Below, one piece after another: positions 49,855 to 59,501 of a DNA stretch of 64,000 nucleotides. Below the pieces are notes generated by a model. The model did not search any database. It was not told the origin of the DNA and worked only from the letters and a program-made list of their open reading frames with translations. Both the position numbers and the translations under genes were made by a program. Every line of letters starts with the position of its first letter. Position 1 is the first letter of the stretch. The DNA is taken from positions 20,860-84,859 of IMG/VR virus record IMGVR_UViG_3300023174_000124, one strand, 5' to 3'. This DNA comes from a virus.

Positions 49855-50461
49855 CCTTCTTTAATTGACCTGATAACGAATCTTGTCCTTTAACCTTGAG
49901 TATGTTATTCGTACTCTTAGCTACATTCTCATCTAGTTTTTGACTCTCTTTTTGCATTTTTAATTGATGTATTCTTTTTTCAAGAGAATCAATTTCTACA
50001 TCAAGATTCACCGAATCAGGTTTTAAAAGTTTATTTGTTTTCTCTTCAACTTCTTCTGTCAATTTACTCATTTCTTCAAAAACTTTACCTAAGAGTATTC
50101 TAGGTAAGTCTTCTATCATAATAGCAACAGCTTCTTGTCTTGGTATAGAAACAGGAATACCATTTTCTAAAATTTCACCTGTTTCTACTTTATCTATATT
50201 TCTAAGATCAATATTATTGATCTGAATAATAGCACGACTTAAAGTTTCTTTTCTTACTTCATCTACAAATTCAAGTGTAGTGACATCTTCTTGTCTTGAT
50301 AAATCAGAAATGATTTTTTGTAATTCAGATTCTTCTTTAGGTGTGAGAGTTTTAATAGTAATACTATTTTCACCTAAAGATACGATTTTCTCTTGATAAC
50401 CAGCATTTGTAATTTTATTCATAGCTGATTTAAGTTGATTTAATGATATAGTCATATACAT
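49838..50461 (-). CDS. Putative tail assembly chaperone
   Basis: ITIKTLTPKEE..ETLSRAIIQIN pattern; directly after tube gene. Confidence 0.55.
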   Translation of the reverse strand: MYMTISLNQLKSAMNKITNAGYQEKIVSLGENSITIKTLTPKEESELQKIISDLSRQEDVTTLEFVDEVRKETLSRAIIQINNIDLRNIDKVETGEILENGIPVSIPRQEAVAIMIEDLPRILLGKVFEEMSKLTEEVEEKTNKLLKPDSVNLDVEIDSLEKRIHQLKMQKESQKLDENVAKSTNNILKVKGQDSLSGQLKKVEESV

Positions 50462-50503
50462 AATCTCCGTTTATTGTTAAAGGGTCGTCACCCGTTTTAT
50501 CTA

Positions 50504-51292
50504 TTAGGCTAAGTTAGTTACACCTGTAGTAACTCTTGAACCTGAAGCTGAAGCTGCAGTTCTAGTTCTTACACTATTACCACGACCACCTGTAGCAAGA
50601 AATTCTCCATAGGTGGTGAATAAGTCATGTACATCTGTTATACCAAGACTTGCACTTTCACTTAATATACCACCTTCTGCTGATCTTTCAGGCATATCTA
50701 TACTATGTAACCAACAACCTTCATAAAAAGTAATCAATGCTTTATGTGTTTGTGCGTAAGGATTACCTGCATCGTCTTTCTTTTCTACATTGGTAACATT
50801 TTGAGAAGAAAAGTCAATATTTACTAAACCATCAGCTGTTGAGTCACTTGCTAAATCATCAGCAATAAATGTAAATACCATTTGTTCTTCAATATCAAAG
50901 GGCCAGCGAGTGTGCATTACTGAACGAACAGGACCATCTACACCACCAGCAAAACCTAATGATTGAAATAAATTACTTACATACATCAAAGTTCTACCTA
51001 TTGTAGCTGAATACTCACCTGTTACACCAGGTACACGATCAGCAATAATATCTCCAAAACCGATACCTCTTATAATTTCAGTACTTCTCTCACCTGCAGA
51101 GGGTGCAAATGAACTAACTACACCTAATTGGTATCTTTGTCCAGCTACACCTTTATAGGTAGGGGTTAATAATCTTACTTTTTGACTTAATACTGCACGA
51201 GAATCAGGAGACATACCAAACTTGTATATTTCTGATGACCCTTGTGCATTCATGGGGTTATTGGCTTGTGGATTTTGATCTAAATTAGCCAT
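50504..51292 (-). CDS. Tail tube protein (start likely 51292, MANLD)
   Basis: AGGAG RBS before the internal Met; IRGIG..VPG..PFDIEE..YEGCW tube pattern. Confidence 0.65.
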   Translation of the reverse strand: MANLDQNPQANNPMNAQGSSEIYKFGMSPDSRAVLSQKVRLLTPTYKGVAGQRYQLGVVSSFAPSAGERSTEIIRGIGFGDIIADRVPGVTGEYSATIGRTLMYVSNLFQSLGFAGGVDGPVRSVMHTRWPFDIEEQMVFTFIADDLASDSTADGLVNIDFSSQNVTNVEKKDDAGNPYAQTHKALITFYEGCWLHSIDMPERSAEGGILSESASLGITDVHDLFTTYGEFLATGGRGNSVRTRTAASASGSRVTTGVTNLA

Positions 51293-51377
51293 TTTTCTAC
51301 TCCTATAAAAGAAATTCACATATATATACACTAATAATTTATAGATAAATTATATATAGTATATAGGAGTTCTTATT

Positions 51378-51881
51378 ATGCTTACAAAAAATGAAAAATC
51401 TTGGGGTGGTTATTCCACCAGCCCCCTCCCCACTAGAAATGCTGACACTGCTCTAGAATCATCCGACAATATCTCTTTTCTCTTAGATATTTATCAAGAT
51501 ATAGAAAAATCAGATCCCTTATATGGTGAAGATATTGTAAATGCTTTAATGAAAAAAGAGTTTAAAAAAGCTCTACACCTAGCTAAAAACCCTAACACTA
51601 TAAAATTTGTCACCTCAGCAATAGAACTAAACTCTAATAGTAATAAATTAAGATTAGCTAAAAATGAACTTGTGTGTAAACTTATCACCCTAGATATAAA
51701 AAACCAAATTCATTTTTATGACCCTATGAATAACACCATTGTCTTAGCTTATCTTAATAAAGGTAAATTCGATGATGCTTTTAATAGCACTGACAATGAA
51801 CAAGTTAAAGAAATTGTTCTCGGTGTTAAAAAACAATACGAAAAAGAAATCAAAAATCTAAAAAGGCTACTTGAAAAATGA
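51378..51881 (+). CDS. Hypothetical protein
   Basis: AGGAG RBS. Confidence 0.7.
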   Translation: MLTKNEKSWGGYSTSPLPTRNADTALESSDNISFLLDIYQDIEKSDPLYGEDIVNALMKKEFKKALHLAKNPNTIKFVTSAIELNSNSNKLRLAKNELVCKLITLDIKNQIHFYDPMNNTIVLAYLNKGKFDDAFNSTDNEQVKEIVLGVKKQYEKEIKNLKRLLEK

Positions 51882-52333
51882 TAAATGACATTCATAGAGT
51901 TCTTGATATATCTGTGAAAATGGCTTTCCATAAATTAGAAGATAGCTTTCTTGAACTCGAATCTCCTAGAATTACCCAACATGGTATTCGTAAACTATAT
52001 ATAAAAGAATACCCTTTTGCCTATAGAGATAAAATTTCTCTTTATAGGAATGTTTCTATCATCTCTTTACATTATGCTGATGAGATGCCTAAAAGATTAG
52101 ATGAGATTACCGATTTTGAAGAATATGTAGCTACTAAAGGAATTACAGAATTTATAAAATGGCTTAATAGAACTTGGTCTAAAGTTCTATTTGAAAAAAT
52201 CTTTTCTATGGTAGATGAAAATGTTATTGAATATCAAAAGGTTATGGATAGCATAAGACACTCTAATTTACCTTGTGCTACAAATTATGCTAATATTTTA
52301 GATACTATTTTTAGTCTTAATCATATAATATAA
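51878..52333 (+). CDS. Hypothetical protein
   Basis: ATGA overlap. Confidence 0.7.
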   Translation: MINDIHRVLDISVKMAFHKLEDSFLELESPRITQHGIRKLYIKEYPFAYRDKISLYRNVSIISLHYADEMPKRLDEITDFEEYVATKGITEFIKWLNRTWSKVLFEKIFSMVDENVIEYQKVMDSIRHSNLPCATNYANILDTIFSLNHII

Positions 52334-52391
52334 GTATAAACACTTTCATTGTGGGTGTGTTTGTATCATTTATAAATCAATAAGGACAGGT

Positions 52392-54569
52392 ATGAGTTAT
52401 TTAGATGACCCAAAGCTACAACAGACGATAGCTAAATTAAGAGAAATTAGAACAAGAGAAGAATTAAAAGCACCAGCTAGTAAGATCTTAAGAACCACTA
52501 TGCCTAATGGTAAACCTTTAACTCTCAGAAACTATCAAGTTCAAGGTATTATGCACCTCCTAGCTATGCCTAGATTCGTTCTTGGCGATGATACCGGGCT
52601 TGGCAAGTGTGTGACAGGCGATACTCTTATTAAGACAAGTAAGGGTTTACTTGAAATTTCAAGTCTCAACCCTAATATCACAGAAGCAGACACCTTTGCT
52701 CCTTTACAAGAACCCTTAGATGTGATTGTAAGGGGAGAAAAAAGACCTATAAAGAGTTTTTATTATGGTGGTGTAAAACCTACTATTAAAATTCAAACAA
52801 GATATGGCTATGAAATTGAAGGGTCACAAGTTCACCCCGTCTTAGTCCGTCAAAAAGACGGCACGGAACAATGGGTGAGATTATCTGAAGTTAAAGAAGG
52901 CGATTTCATTTGTATTGATAAGTGTCCTAACCCTTTCTTTAAAGAAACACCCTATACTTCTATACAAACAGAAAAAGAAGCTAAGACACAACAAATCATT
53001 TTACTTTCTCATGGTTTAGTCTCTTTTAGAGATGGTTTAAATGTCTTTAGTATACAAGAAACAGATACTAATCATTATTTTTATGACCCTATTGTTAAAA
53101 TAGAATCCTCTGAAAAAGAAGTTTTTGATATTGAAGTAGACCACCCTGAGCATTCCTTTGTAGGTAATGGTATCACTAGCCATAACACTTTGCAGACGAT
53201 TTCTGCCTTAAGCTACCTATGGGATAAATACCCTGAAACACCTGTTGTCATTATGACTACTAAATCTGCACTTAATCAATGGGCAAGTGAATTTGATAAA
53301 TTCACCACAGGTGTTAAATGCTTTGTTATCAGTGGCACTAAAGCTAAAAGACAAAAAGTCTATGATGAGTTCTTTGCCTATACAGGTCTTAAAGCTCTGA
53401 TTATGGGTTATAGAACTGCTTGTATGGACTTCGATATCCTACAAAACTTAAAAGGTCATGTTCAAGTCTTTGATGAAGCTACTGCCTTTAAGAATGAAAC
53501 TACACAAGTTCACCAAGTTTGTGCTCACCTTAGTGGTGCTGCTCAAAAAGTATGGTCTCTCTCTGCTACTATTATTAAAAATAGACTTATGGAAGCATGG
53601 GCTATTTATAGAGTTACTGTCCCAGGTCTTATGCCTAGTAAAAATGTCTTTATGTCTAACTATTGTATCTGTGTAGATAAACAAATAGGTAGAAAGAGAA
53701 TTAAATTCGTTGTAGGTCATAGAAAATCAGATATTGAAGCTTTTAGAATTAAAATCGACCCTTTCTTTATCGGTAGACCTAAACATGAAGTAGCTCATGA
53801 ATTACCACCTTTAACCACTAAGAGAATTGAAGCTCCTTTATCGGATGTTCAAATCTCTAAGTATAAAGAAGCACTTAGTGGTATTTTAGAAAAGTATGAT
53901 CCTACTACAGGTGAAATGACAGAAAAAGAAGTAACTAAACTTACAGCTGTTATGTATTGTCAACAAATTGTAAACCATCCTGAACTTGTAGATGTTAAAG
54001 GCGATAGTGGTAAATTAGAAATTCTAATGGAATTACTAGAAGAAGAATTTGATGGTGAGAAAGTCATTATTTTCTCTAGGTTTAGAAAGATGATTGATAT
54101 TCTCGATAGGGAACTTTCAGCTAAGGGGATTAAGTGTGTAAGAATTACAGGTGGAGAGAAAGATGATGAGAGAAAGAAATCTCAAGAGTCTTTCCAAGAT
54201 GAAAAATCAGATGTTAGAGTGGTGTTGATTACAATGGCGGCGGCAGAAGGTGTTAATCTCCAACTTGCTAAAGCTACTATTTTCTATGATAGTCCCTGGT
54301 CAGCAGGTGATTACCTACAAATTATCGGTCGTATGATTCGTATCGGTAGTATTCATGATCGTGTATACTGTTATCACTTAGTATGTCCTAAGACAGTAGA
54401 TGACAGAGTTATGAAAGCCTTACATAATAAAATGGATTTAATTGAAAATGTTTTAGGAAAAAGGCTCAAGAACGATGAGGAATCAGATAAAATAATAGGT
54501 GTATCAGAGAACGAATTGAAAGATATTTTCAATGATTTAGTAGAGGATGCTAAAGAAAATGCCAGATAA
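52392..54569 (+). CDS. SNF2-family helicase/ATPase containing an intein
   Basis: LRNYQ, DDTGLGK/T, DEAT, KVIIFSRF, EGVNLQ, QIIGRMIRIG. Confidence 0.92.
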   Translation: MSYLDDPKLQQTIAKLREIRTREELKAPASKILRTTMPNGKPLTLRNYQVQGIMHLLAMPRFVLGDDTGLGKCVTGDTLIKTSKGLLEISSLNPNITEADTFAPLQEPLDVIVRGEKRPIKSFYYGGVKPTIKIQTRYGYEIEGSQVHPVLVRQKDGTEQWVRLSEVKEGDFICIDKCPNPFFKETPYTSIQTEKEAKTQQIILLSHGLVSFRDGLNVFSIQETDTNHYFYDPIVKIESSEKEVFDIEVDHPEHSFVGNGITSHNTLQTISALSYLWDKYPETPVVIMTTKSALNQWASEFDKFTTGVKCFVISGTKAKRQKVYDEFFAYTGLKALIMGYRTACMDFDILQNLKGHVQVFDEATAFKNETTQVHQVCAHLSGAAQKVWSLSATIIKNRLMEAWAIYRVTVPGLMPSKNVFMSNYCICVDKQIGRKRIKFVVGHRKSDIEAFRIKIDPFFIGRPKHEVAHELPPLTTKRIEAPLSDVQISKYKEALSGILEKYDPTTGEMTEKEVTKLTAVMYCQQIVNHPELVDVKGDSGKLEILMELLEEEFDGEKVIIFSRFRKMIDILDRELSAKGIKCVRITGGEKDDERKKSQESFQDEKSDVRVVLITMAAAEGVNLQLAKATIFYDSPWSAGDYLQIIGRMIRIGSIHDRVYCYHLVCPKTVDDRVMKALHNKMDLIENVLGKRLKNDEESDKIIGVSENELKDIFNDLVEDAKENAR
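52608..53186 (+). mobile_element. Intein (193 aa) in the Walker A motif
   Basis: GK|CVTGDT...HPV...VFDIEV..HSFVGNGITSHN|T. Confidence 0.92.
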
Positions 54570-55257
54570 GAACTGTCCTAAATGTAAAGGTTATGGCTTT
54601 GTTATAACAGAAGAAACCTATATGGGAACACCTTTAACTCAACCTTGTATCTGTATGCTTAAAGAAGCCTTAAAGCTACAATGTGAGAGAGCATGGAAAG
54701 ATTTATCTCAAGTACCAGTAGATCGTAAAAGTCCGATGATTGGTAAATTGAAAGAAAGTCTTAGAATGGTAGCAAGTCAATCTAACCTAGCTACACACCT
54801 TAGAACAGCTATCTTAAGTGAAAGAAACCCTAGTCTTTCTATTAGGGTAGTGTCCGATGCTACATTAGTGAGTGCATGGTTATCTAATGTAAGTGAAGAT
54901 AATAAGGTAGACCCTGATCTCGTAAGAGATATAAATGTTCGTGGGTTAGAAGATTTAGCAGAATCACCTGATTTACTTATAGTGAGATTAGGTGTAAAGA
55001 GAGCTAGAAATTCGGCTACAAGTGAAGTGTTAATTGAAACAATAGAATTAAGACAACATTTGAATAAAGCGACATGGATTATAGAAGAACCTAATAAACC
55101 TTTGAAAGAAGGACACTTGGCATGGTCTTCAGCATTAGAAGAGATGCTAGAGGGTTGGAAAATCTATAATGTAACAGGATTGGATTCCTTCCCTACAACA
55201 ACAGCAAAGAAACCTAATTTAAACCTATCACAAGATTTTAAGAAAGTTCAATTATGA
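54547..55257 (+). CDS. DnaC-like helicase loader (Zn finger plus degenerate AAA+)
   Basis: CPKCKGYG..PCIC; PDLLIVRLG..EVLIETIELR..KATWI; directly upstream of DnaB; no Walker A seen. Confidence 0.55.
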   Translation: MLKKMPDKNCPKCKGYGFVITEETYMGTPLTQPCICMLKEALKLQCERAWKDLSQVPVDRKSPMIGKLKESLRMVASQSNLATHLRTAILSERNPSLSIRVVSDATLVSAWLSNVSEDNKVDPDLVRDINVRGLEDLAESPDLLIVRLGVKRARNSATSEVLIETIELRQHLNKATWIIEEPNKPLKEGHLAWSSALEEMLEGWKIYNVTGLDSFPTTTAKKPNLNLSQDFKKVQL

Positions 55258-56777
55258 AAATCCTAAGAAGTGTTATACCTGACACAAGAGTGGGGGATGA
55301 TCCCTTACAAATGCAAGTGAATTATAGTGTATTGAGAGATAGTATATATGTCTTTGATACAAAAGAAGATAATGAGATTTGGGATTATGTAAAAACCTTT
55401 ATGGCTAATCATGGGCATTTACCTGATCAAGATACTCTAGTAAAGAACTTTGAAGCTAAGACAGAGTTAGAAGTAGCTGACAGAGTAAGAGTATTAACAG
55501 CAGTTAAACCTGTATATAAGGGTGATTTTGTATCTGAACTTGAATTACAAGTAGAAGCAGTAAGAGTAAGGCGATTACTTCAAGTTATGAATGAAGCTAA
55601 AGACATCGTTCGTTCAGGTGTAGAGATTAAAGAAAAAGGTAAAAAGAGAGTTTTAAAAGGACCTCGTGATGCAAGTCGCTATCTATCAAATAGCCTTGTA
55701 GATATTTTAACACCTACATTCGGTTCTCGTATAGGTGGTGAAGCGATGTCTGATATTTCTGATTTGAAAGATCAATATCAGAAAGCACAAGCATCAGGTA
55801 AAGAAATTCTTCCTATCAGTGGACTTAAACCTATTGATGATGCTTTAGGTGGGTTTAGAAAGAAAGAGTTATATTTACTTGCAGGATTTACAGGACATAT
55901 GAAATCCAAGAGTGCTTTGAATTTTGTATATAACCAAGCTGTAATGAGTGTGGTGAATACAAATACTTTATATTTCAGTTTAGAAATGCACTATGATCAA
56001 TGCCGTAGAGCAATTCATACAATTCATTCAATGCACCCTAAATTTAGACCACAGAGAATAGCATTAGGTTTACAAGACCCTACAAGTCCTGTAGATTTTG
56101 GTATTGACCCTGTTAAGTTGAGAAATGGGTGTTTAACACCTGAAGAATACACCTTTTATTTTGATTATGTCCTACCTGACTTAGAAGAGGGAAAGAATAA
56201 AGGGACTTATGGGTCAATTCATTTTGAGGGTGATAATCCAGATAGTTTTGATTTCACAGTAGAAGATTTGAAAGCTAAAGCTGAGATTTATGCACAGAAA
56301 GAAAAGATAGACTTAATAGTAGTAGATCATGCTTTGTTATTGGCGAGTCGTAATAAGTATAGTTCAACCACAGAGAAGTTGAATGAAGTAATTAGAGATT
56401 TGAAGAGAATGGCTATGAATTTCAATCGTGGTCAAGGTATACCTGTCTTGTGTTTATTTCAAATCAGTCGTGAAGGTTATACTCATGCTTTAAAGAATAA
56501 GGGTGAATATCACTTAACACACTTGTCTTATGCAAATGAAGCCGAGAGAAGTGCAGATGTTGTAATAGCGAATTGGTTTGGAGATGATATGAGATCACAG
56601 AATTGTATACAATATCAGTGTTTAAAGAGTAGAGATCAAGCACCCTTCCCCACTTTTCAATCAAATATAGCATTTCCTACAGGTAAGATTTATAGTCCTA
56701 GTAGTTTACCTATAATGAGCATTAATAAGAGAACTGGTAATCAGTTAGCAGATGATCCTTTAAGTGATGTGTTATAG
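55254..56777 (+). CDS. dnaB: DnaB-like replicative helicase
   Basis: GFTGHMKS, FSLEM, IVVDH, FQISR, AERSADVV. Confidence 0.85.
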   Translation: MKILRSVIPDTRVGDDPLQMQVNYSVLRDSIYVFDTKEDNEIWDYVKTFMANHGHLPDQDTLVKNFEAKTELEVADRVRVLTAVKPVYKGDFVSELELQVEAVRVRRLLQVMNEAKDIVRSGVEIKEKGKKRVLKGPRDASRYLSNSLVDILTPTFGSRIGGEAMSDISDLKDQYQKAQASGKEILPISGLKPIDDALGGFRKKELYLLAGFTGHMKSKSALNFVYNQAVMSVVNTNTLYFSLEMHYDQCRRAIHTIHSMHPKFRPQRIALGLQDPTSPVDFGIDPVKLRNGCLTPEEYTFYFDYVLPDLEEGKNKGTYGSIHFEGDNPDSFDFTVEDLKAKAEIYAQKEKIDLIVVDHALLLASRNKYSSTTEKLNEVIRDLKRMAMNFNRGQGIPVLCLFQISREGYTHALKNKGEYHLTHLSYANEAERSADVVIANWFGDDMRSQNCIQYQCLKSRDQAPFPTFQSNIAFPTGKIYSPSSLPIMSINKRTGNQLADDPLSDVL

Positions 56778-56780
56778 AAA

Positions 56781-57041
56781 ATGAATAAACAAGGAAGAGA
56801 CCTTTATATAATAGAGTGTGAGGGTACAAATTTAATAAAGATAGGCAGGACTAATAATCCTAAATTAAGATTAGCGAATTTACAATCGGGATGTCCTTAT
56901 AGACTATCTATTTTAGTAGTCTTAAAAGGTGAAGGGCATAGAGAAAAAGAAATCCATAAACATTTAAGTCCTTTTTTGCATGACAGAGAATGGTTTAAAA
57001 AAGAGGGTTTAAAGTATATTCCTTTAAGCCTAAAACTATAA
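56781..57041 (+). CDS. GIY-YIG/T5orf172-like protein
   Basis: LYII..IKIGRT.NP..RL..LQSG..EKEIH..REWF. Confidence 0.8.
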   Translation: MNKQGRDLYIIECEGTNLIKIGRTNNPKLRLANLQSGCPYRLSILVVLKGEGHREKEIHKHLSPFLHDREWFKKEGLKYIPLSLKL

Positions 57042-57077
57042 TATAGGTATGTTTGTATAATAAGGAAGTGATTATAA

Positions 57078-57608
57078 ATGAGTATAAGATCAGATAGGAT
57101 AAAGAAGGCAGTACCTTTAGATAAGTTATTAAAGGATTATGGTTATGATATATATTTGAATGGGTCGGATCAGCAATTTAAGTGTGATTTGCATGGTAGT
57201 GGTAGAGATAATAAACCAAGTGCGAGATATTATCATAGTACACAGACATGGTATTGTTTTGCTTGTGGTAAGGTGAGAGATGTAATCTCAACAACAATGG
57301 AAAAGGGAGGGTTAGAGTATAATGATGCTTGTAGGTATTTAGAGAAAAGATATGATATAGGAGAGTGGGTAGAAAAGAAATCTATATTAGATAATGAAGA
57401 GAGATATGAAATAGAAGAGAATATAGATTGGCAGAAGAGGGTGGTAGTGAGATTAAAATCTTTGGTGAAAGATAGATTAATAAGTTTGGATGCTTCGTTA
57501 AAATTTTGGGAAGCGATTGATATTTTAATGGTAAATAATAATACTGAAGAGAGTAAATGGAAAAATATATTTGATAAGTTAGAGAGTATAGCAAATGATA
57601 GAAGATGA
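57078..57608 (+). CDS. CHC2 zinc-finger (primase zinc-binding) protein
   Basis: CDLH..DNKPS..WYCFACG..DVI..Y.DA..YL. Confidence 0.85.
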   Translation: MSIRSDRIKKAVPLDKLLKDYGYDIYLNGSDQQFKCDLHGSGRDNKPSARYYHSTQTWYCFACGKVRDVISTTMEKGGLEYNDACRYLEKRYDIGEWVEKKSILDNEERYEIEENIDWQKRVVVRLKSLVKDRLISLDASLKFWEAIDILMVNNNTEESKWKNIFDKLESIANDRR

Positions 57609-57951
57609 CGATTTACCTCCAGTGAGAGAAGATTTGATGGAGGAAGAATTATTTCAATGGGTTTTAACACAACTATGTTCAGCCTATTTTAGTGGGGAGT
57701 CTGAGTTAGAAACACAAACACAAGCTTTTAACTTATGGTTAAAGTTAGGTGATTTATTGAATGTATTTCATTTTTTACCTTATCATAAGGCGATAGTGTT
57801 AGAAGATACGAATATAGAAGACAGACCTATCTTAGCTTATATGCTAACAACGAATAAAGAAGTGTTAGAAGATTTAACAGAAGAAATAAATGACAAGGTA
57901 GTGGAGAAGTTATCTGAAAGTATAGAAGAAAGAAAGAAGAAATACTCATGA
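57595..57951 (+). CDS. Hypothetical acidic protein
   Basis: Overlapping operon gene. Confidence 0.7.
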   Translation: MIEDDDLPPVREDLMEEELFQWVLTQLCSAYFSGESELETQTQAFNLWLKLGDLLNVFHFLPYHKAIVLEDTNIEDRPILAYMLTTNKEVLEDLTEEINDKVVEKLSESIEERKKKYS

Positions 57952-58379
57952 TGTATCGAGAGAATGGGTTTATATTTATACATATAACAGACAAGTCATA
58001 TGGTAATCCTAAGATAGCGAGGATATTACAGAGAGATGAGCATGATAGTTGGGGTGAGTATAAAACATTAGAGGGAACAGAGATAGGTGATTTAATAGGA
58101 TTGGTTAAGGAATCTGATGTCGATAGGGCGATGAGGGGAGATGCAAGTGGGGTGATGAAATCGGGGGTGAGAGAACCTAAAGGGTGTTTAAAGAAGATAA
58201 AGAGGAATAGTGTATGTGAAGATAGTAAGACTTGTTTAGCCTATGATGAGAGTAAATGTGATTTTAAATTAAGAGGGTGTCCTGATTGTTTTGTGGTAGG
58301 GGGTGATTTAGGGGAATTAGAAAAGAGGGTGATAGATGCTTGGAGAAAAGGCTATATGGTGGTGAGGGTTATTTTTTAG
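57948..58379 (+). CDS. Hypothetical Cys-containing protein
   Basis: Six Cys in the C-terminal half; ATGA overlap. Confidence 0.7.
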   Translation: MMYRENGFIFIHITDKSYGNPKIARILQRDEHDSWGEYKTLEGTEIGDLIGLVKESDVDRAMRGDASGVMKSGVREPKGCLKKIKRNSVCEDSKTCLAYDESKCDFKLRGCPDCFVVGGDLGELEKRVIDAWRKGYMVVRVIF

Positions 58380-59436
58380 CTTTAGCTTTATTAGATTCCC
58401 GAATTAATTCTTCTACGAACTCTTCGGATTGGAATATTTTTTCAGCTTCAACTTGGTTTTGAAGTTGTTTTTTTAGCATACGGATATTAACAAGTTGAGA
58501 TGGGGTATCATCTTCAGCAGCTAATTTCTTATTTGAAGATTCAAAGAAAGAATTTAATTTTCCATTTTCATAAGAACCATTTTCATTCTTTTTGAAACCC
58601 ACTGAAGTTAGGGCTTTTTCAATACCTGGTTTTACTTTCTCTTTATATTCTTTTTCAATTTTTTCTATTTCTCCAAGAGCTTTTTCAGGAGACATTTTAC
58701 CTTTAAAGATAGAATCTTCAATATCAGAGACTTTTTTAGCATACTCTTTATTGATTTTATTGGGAGTGTATTTTCCTAAGAGAATATCCATAGACACATC
58801 TGAGATGTCTTCTTTTTCTTCTATTTTCTTTTTTCCTCTATTCTCTAGTGCTTTTTTGGCAACAACAGTGGTTGCAGAAGCTAATACGACACTTGCTAAA
58901 CTCACACCTAAACCTGCACCTCCCGTTGCAAGACCTAGTGTAGCTAGAAAAATAGGTTTAGTTACAAGATAAGTAGACATCCCTGCAAGATTGCGAGAGA
59001 AACTTGTTCTGTCGTTAATTACTTTTGCTGCACCTTTAACTTCTTTAGGTAGTTCTTTCATTTCACTTGTGAAATTAATATTTCTCGTCACAAAATCAAC
59101 TTTAGAAGCAATTTGATCTCTTTGTTTTTTTTCTTCTTCTGCGGATTCCGCAAAACCTTCATTAAAAGTAGATTTTAATTTAGTGGATTTTTGTTTAATT
59201 TTAGCAAGAATATCACCTTTAAGTTTTTTATCTTCAGGTGAAAGTTCTTTTTTTGCCTCACTTTTAGAGTTCTCTTTAACCGAGTGATTCTTGGGGTCCG
59301 CATTCGGATGGTCTTTAAGATATTGTTGAAGTTCTTCTTTAGAAGAGAACTCCATAGCACTTTTAATCATGGGGATTAAAATAGGTCTTAGAGATGGATT
59401 ATTATAAGCTAATTTCACAGCATATTTTTTAGACAT
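58369..59436 (-). CDS. Probable internal virion protein with Gly-rich hydrophobic hairpin
   Basis: N-terminal AVKLAYNNPSLRPIL tag; LATLGLATGGAGLGVSLASVVLA. Confidence 0.75.
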   Translation of the reverse strand: MSKKYAVKLAYNNPSLRPILIPMIKSAMEFSSKEELQQYLKDHPNADPKNHSVKENSKSEAKKELSPEDKKLKGDILAKIKQKSTKLKSTFNEGFAESAEEEKKQRDQIASKVDFVTRNINFTSEMKELPKEVKGAAKVINDRTSFSRNLAGMSTYLVTKPIFLATLGLATGGAGLGVSLASVVLASATTVVAKKALENRGKKKIEEKEDISDVSMDILLGKYTPNKINKEYAKKVSDIEDSIFKGKMSPEKALGEIEKIEKEYKEKVKPGIEKALTSVGFKKNENGSYENGKLNSFFESSNKKLAAEDDTPSQLVNIRMLKKQLQNQVEAEKIFQSEEFVEELIRESNKAKAKK

Positions 59437-59442
59437 AGTAAG

Positions 59443-59495
59443 TATCCTTTTTTTCTTTTATATGAAAGACTTTTATATAAAAGAAAAAAAGGATA
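59443..59495. repeat. 21-bp perfect inverted repeat between divergent genes
   Basis: TATCCTTTTTTTCTTTTATAT (59443-59463) / ATATAAAAGAAAAAAAGGATA (59475-59495). Confidence 0.92.
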
Positions 59496-59501
59496 TCAAA
59501 A

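Noticed and set aside
49830-49880. Programmed frameshift between tail chaperones
   Set aside because: ORFs overlap but no XXXYYYZ slippery heptamer is visible, and the downstream gene has its own ATG
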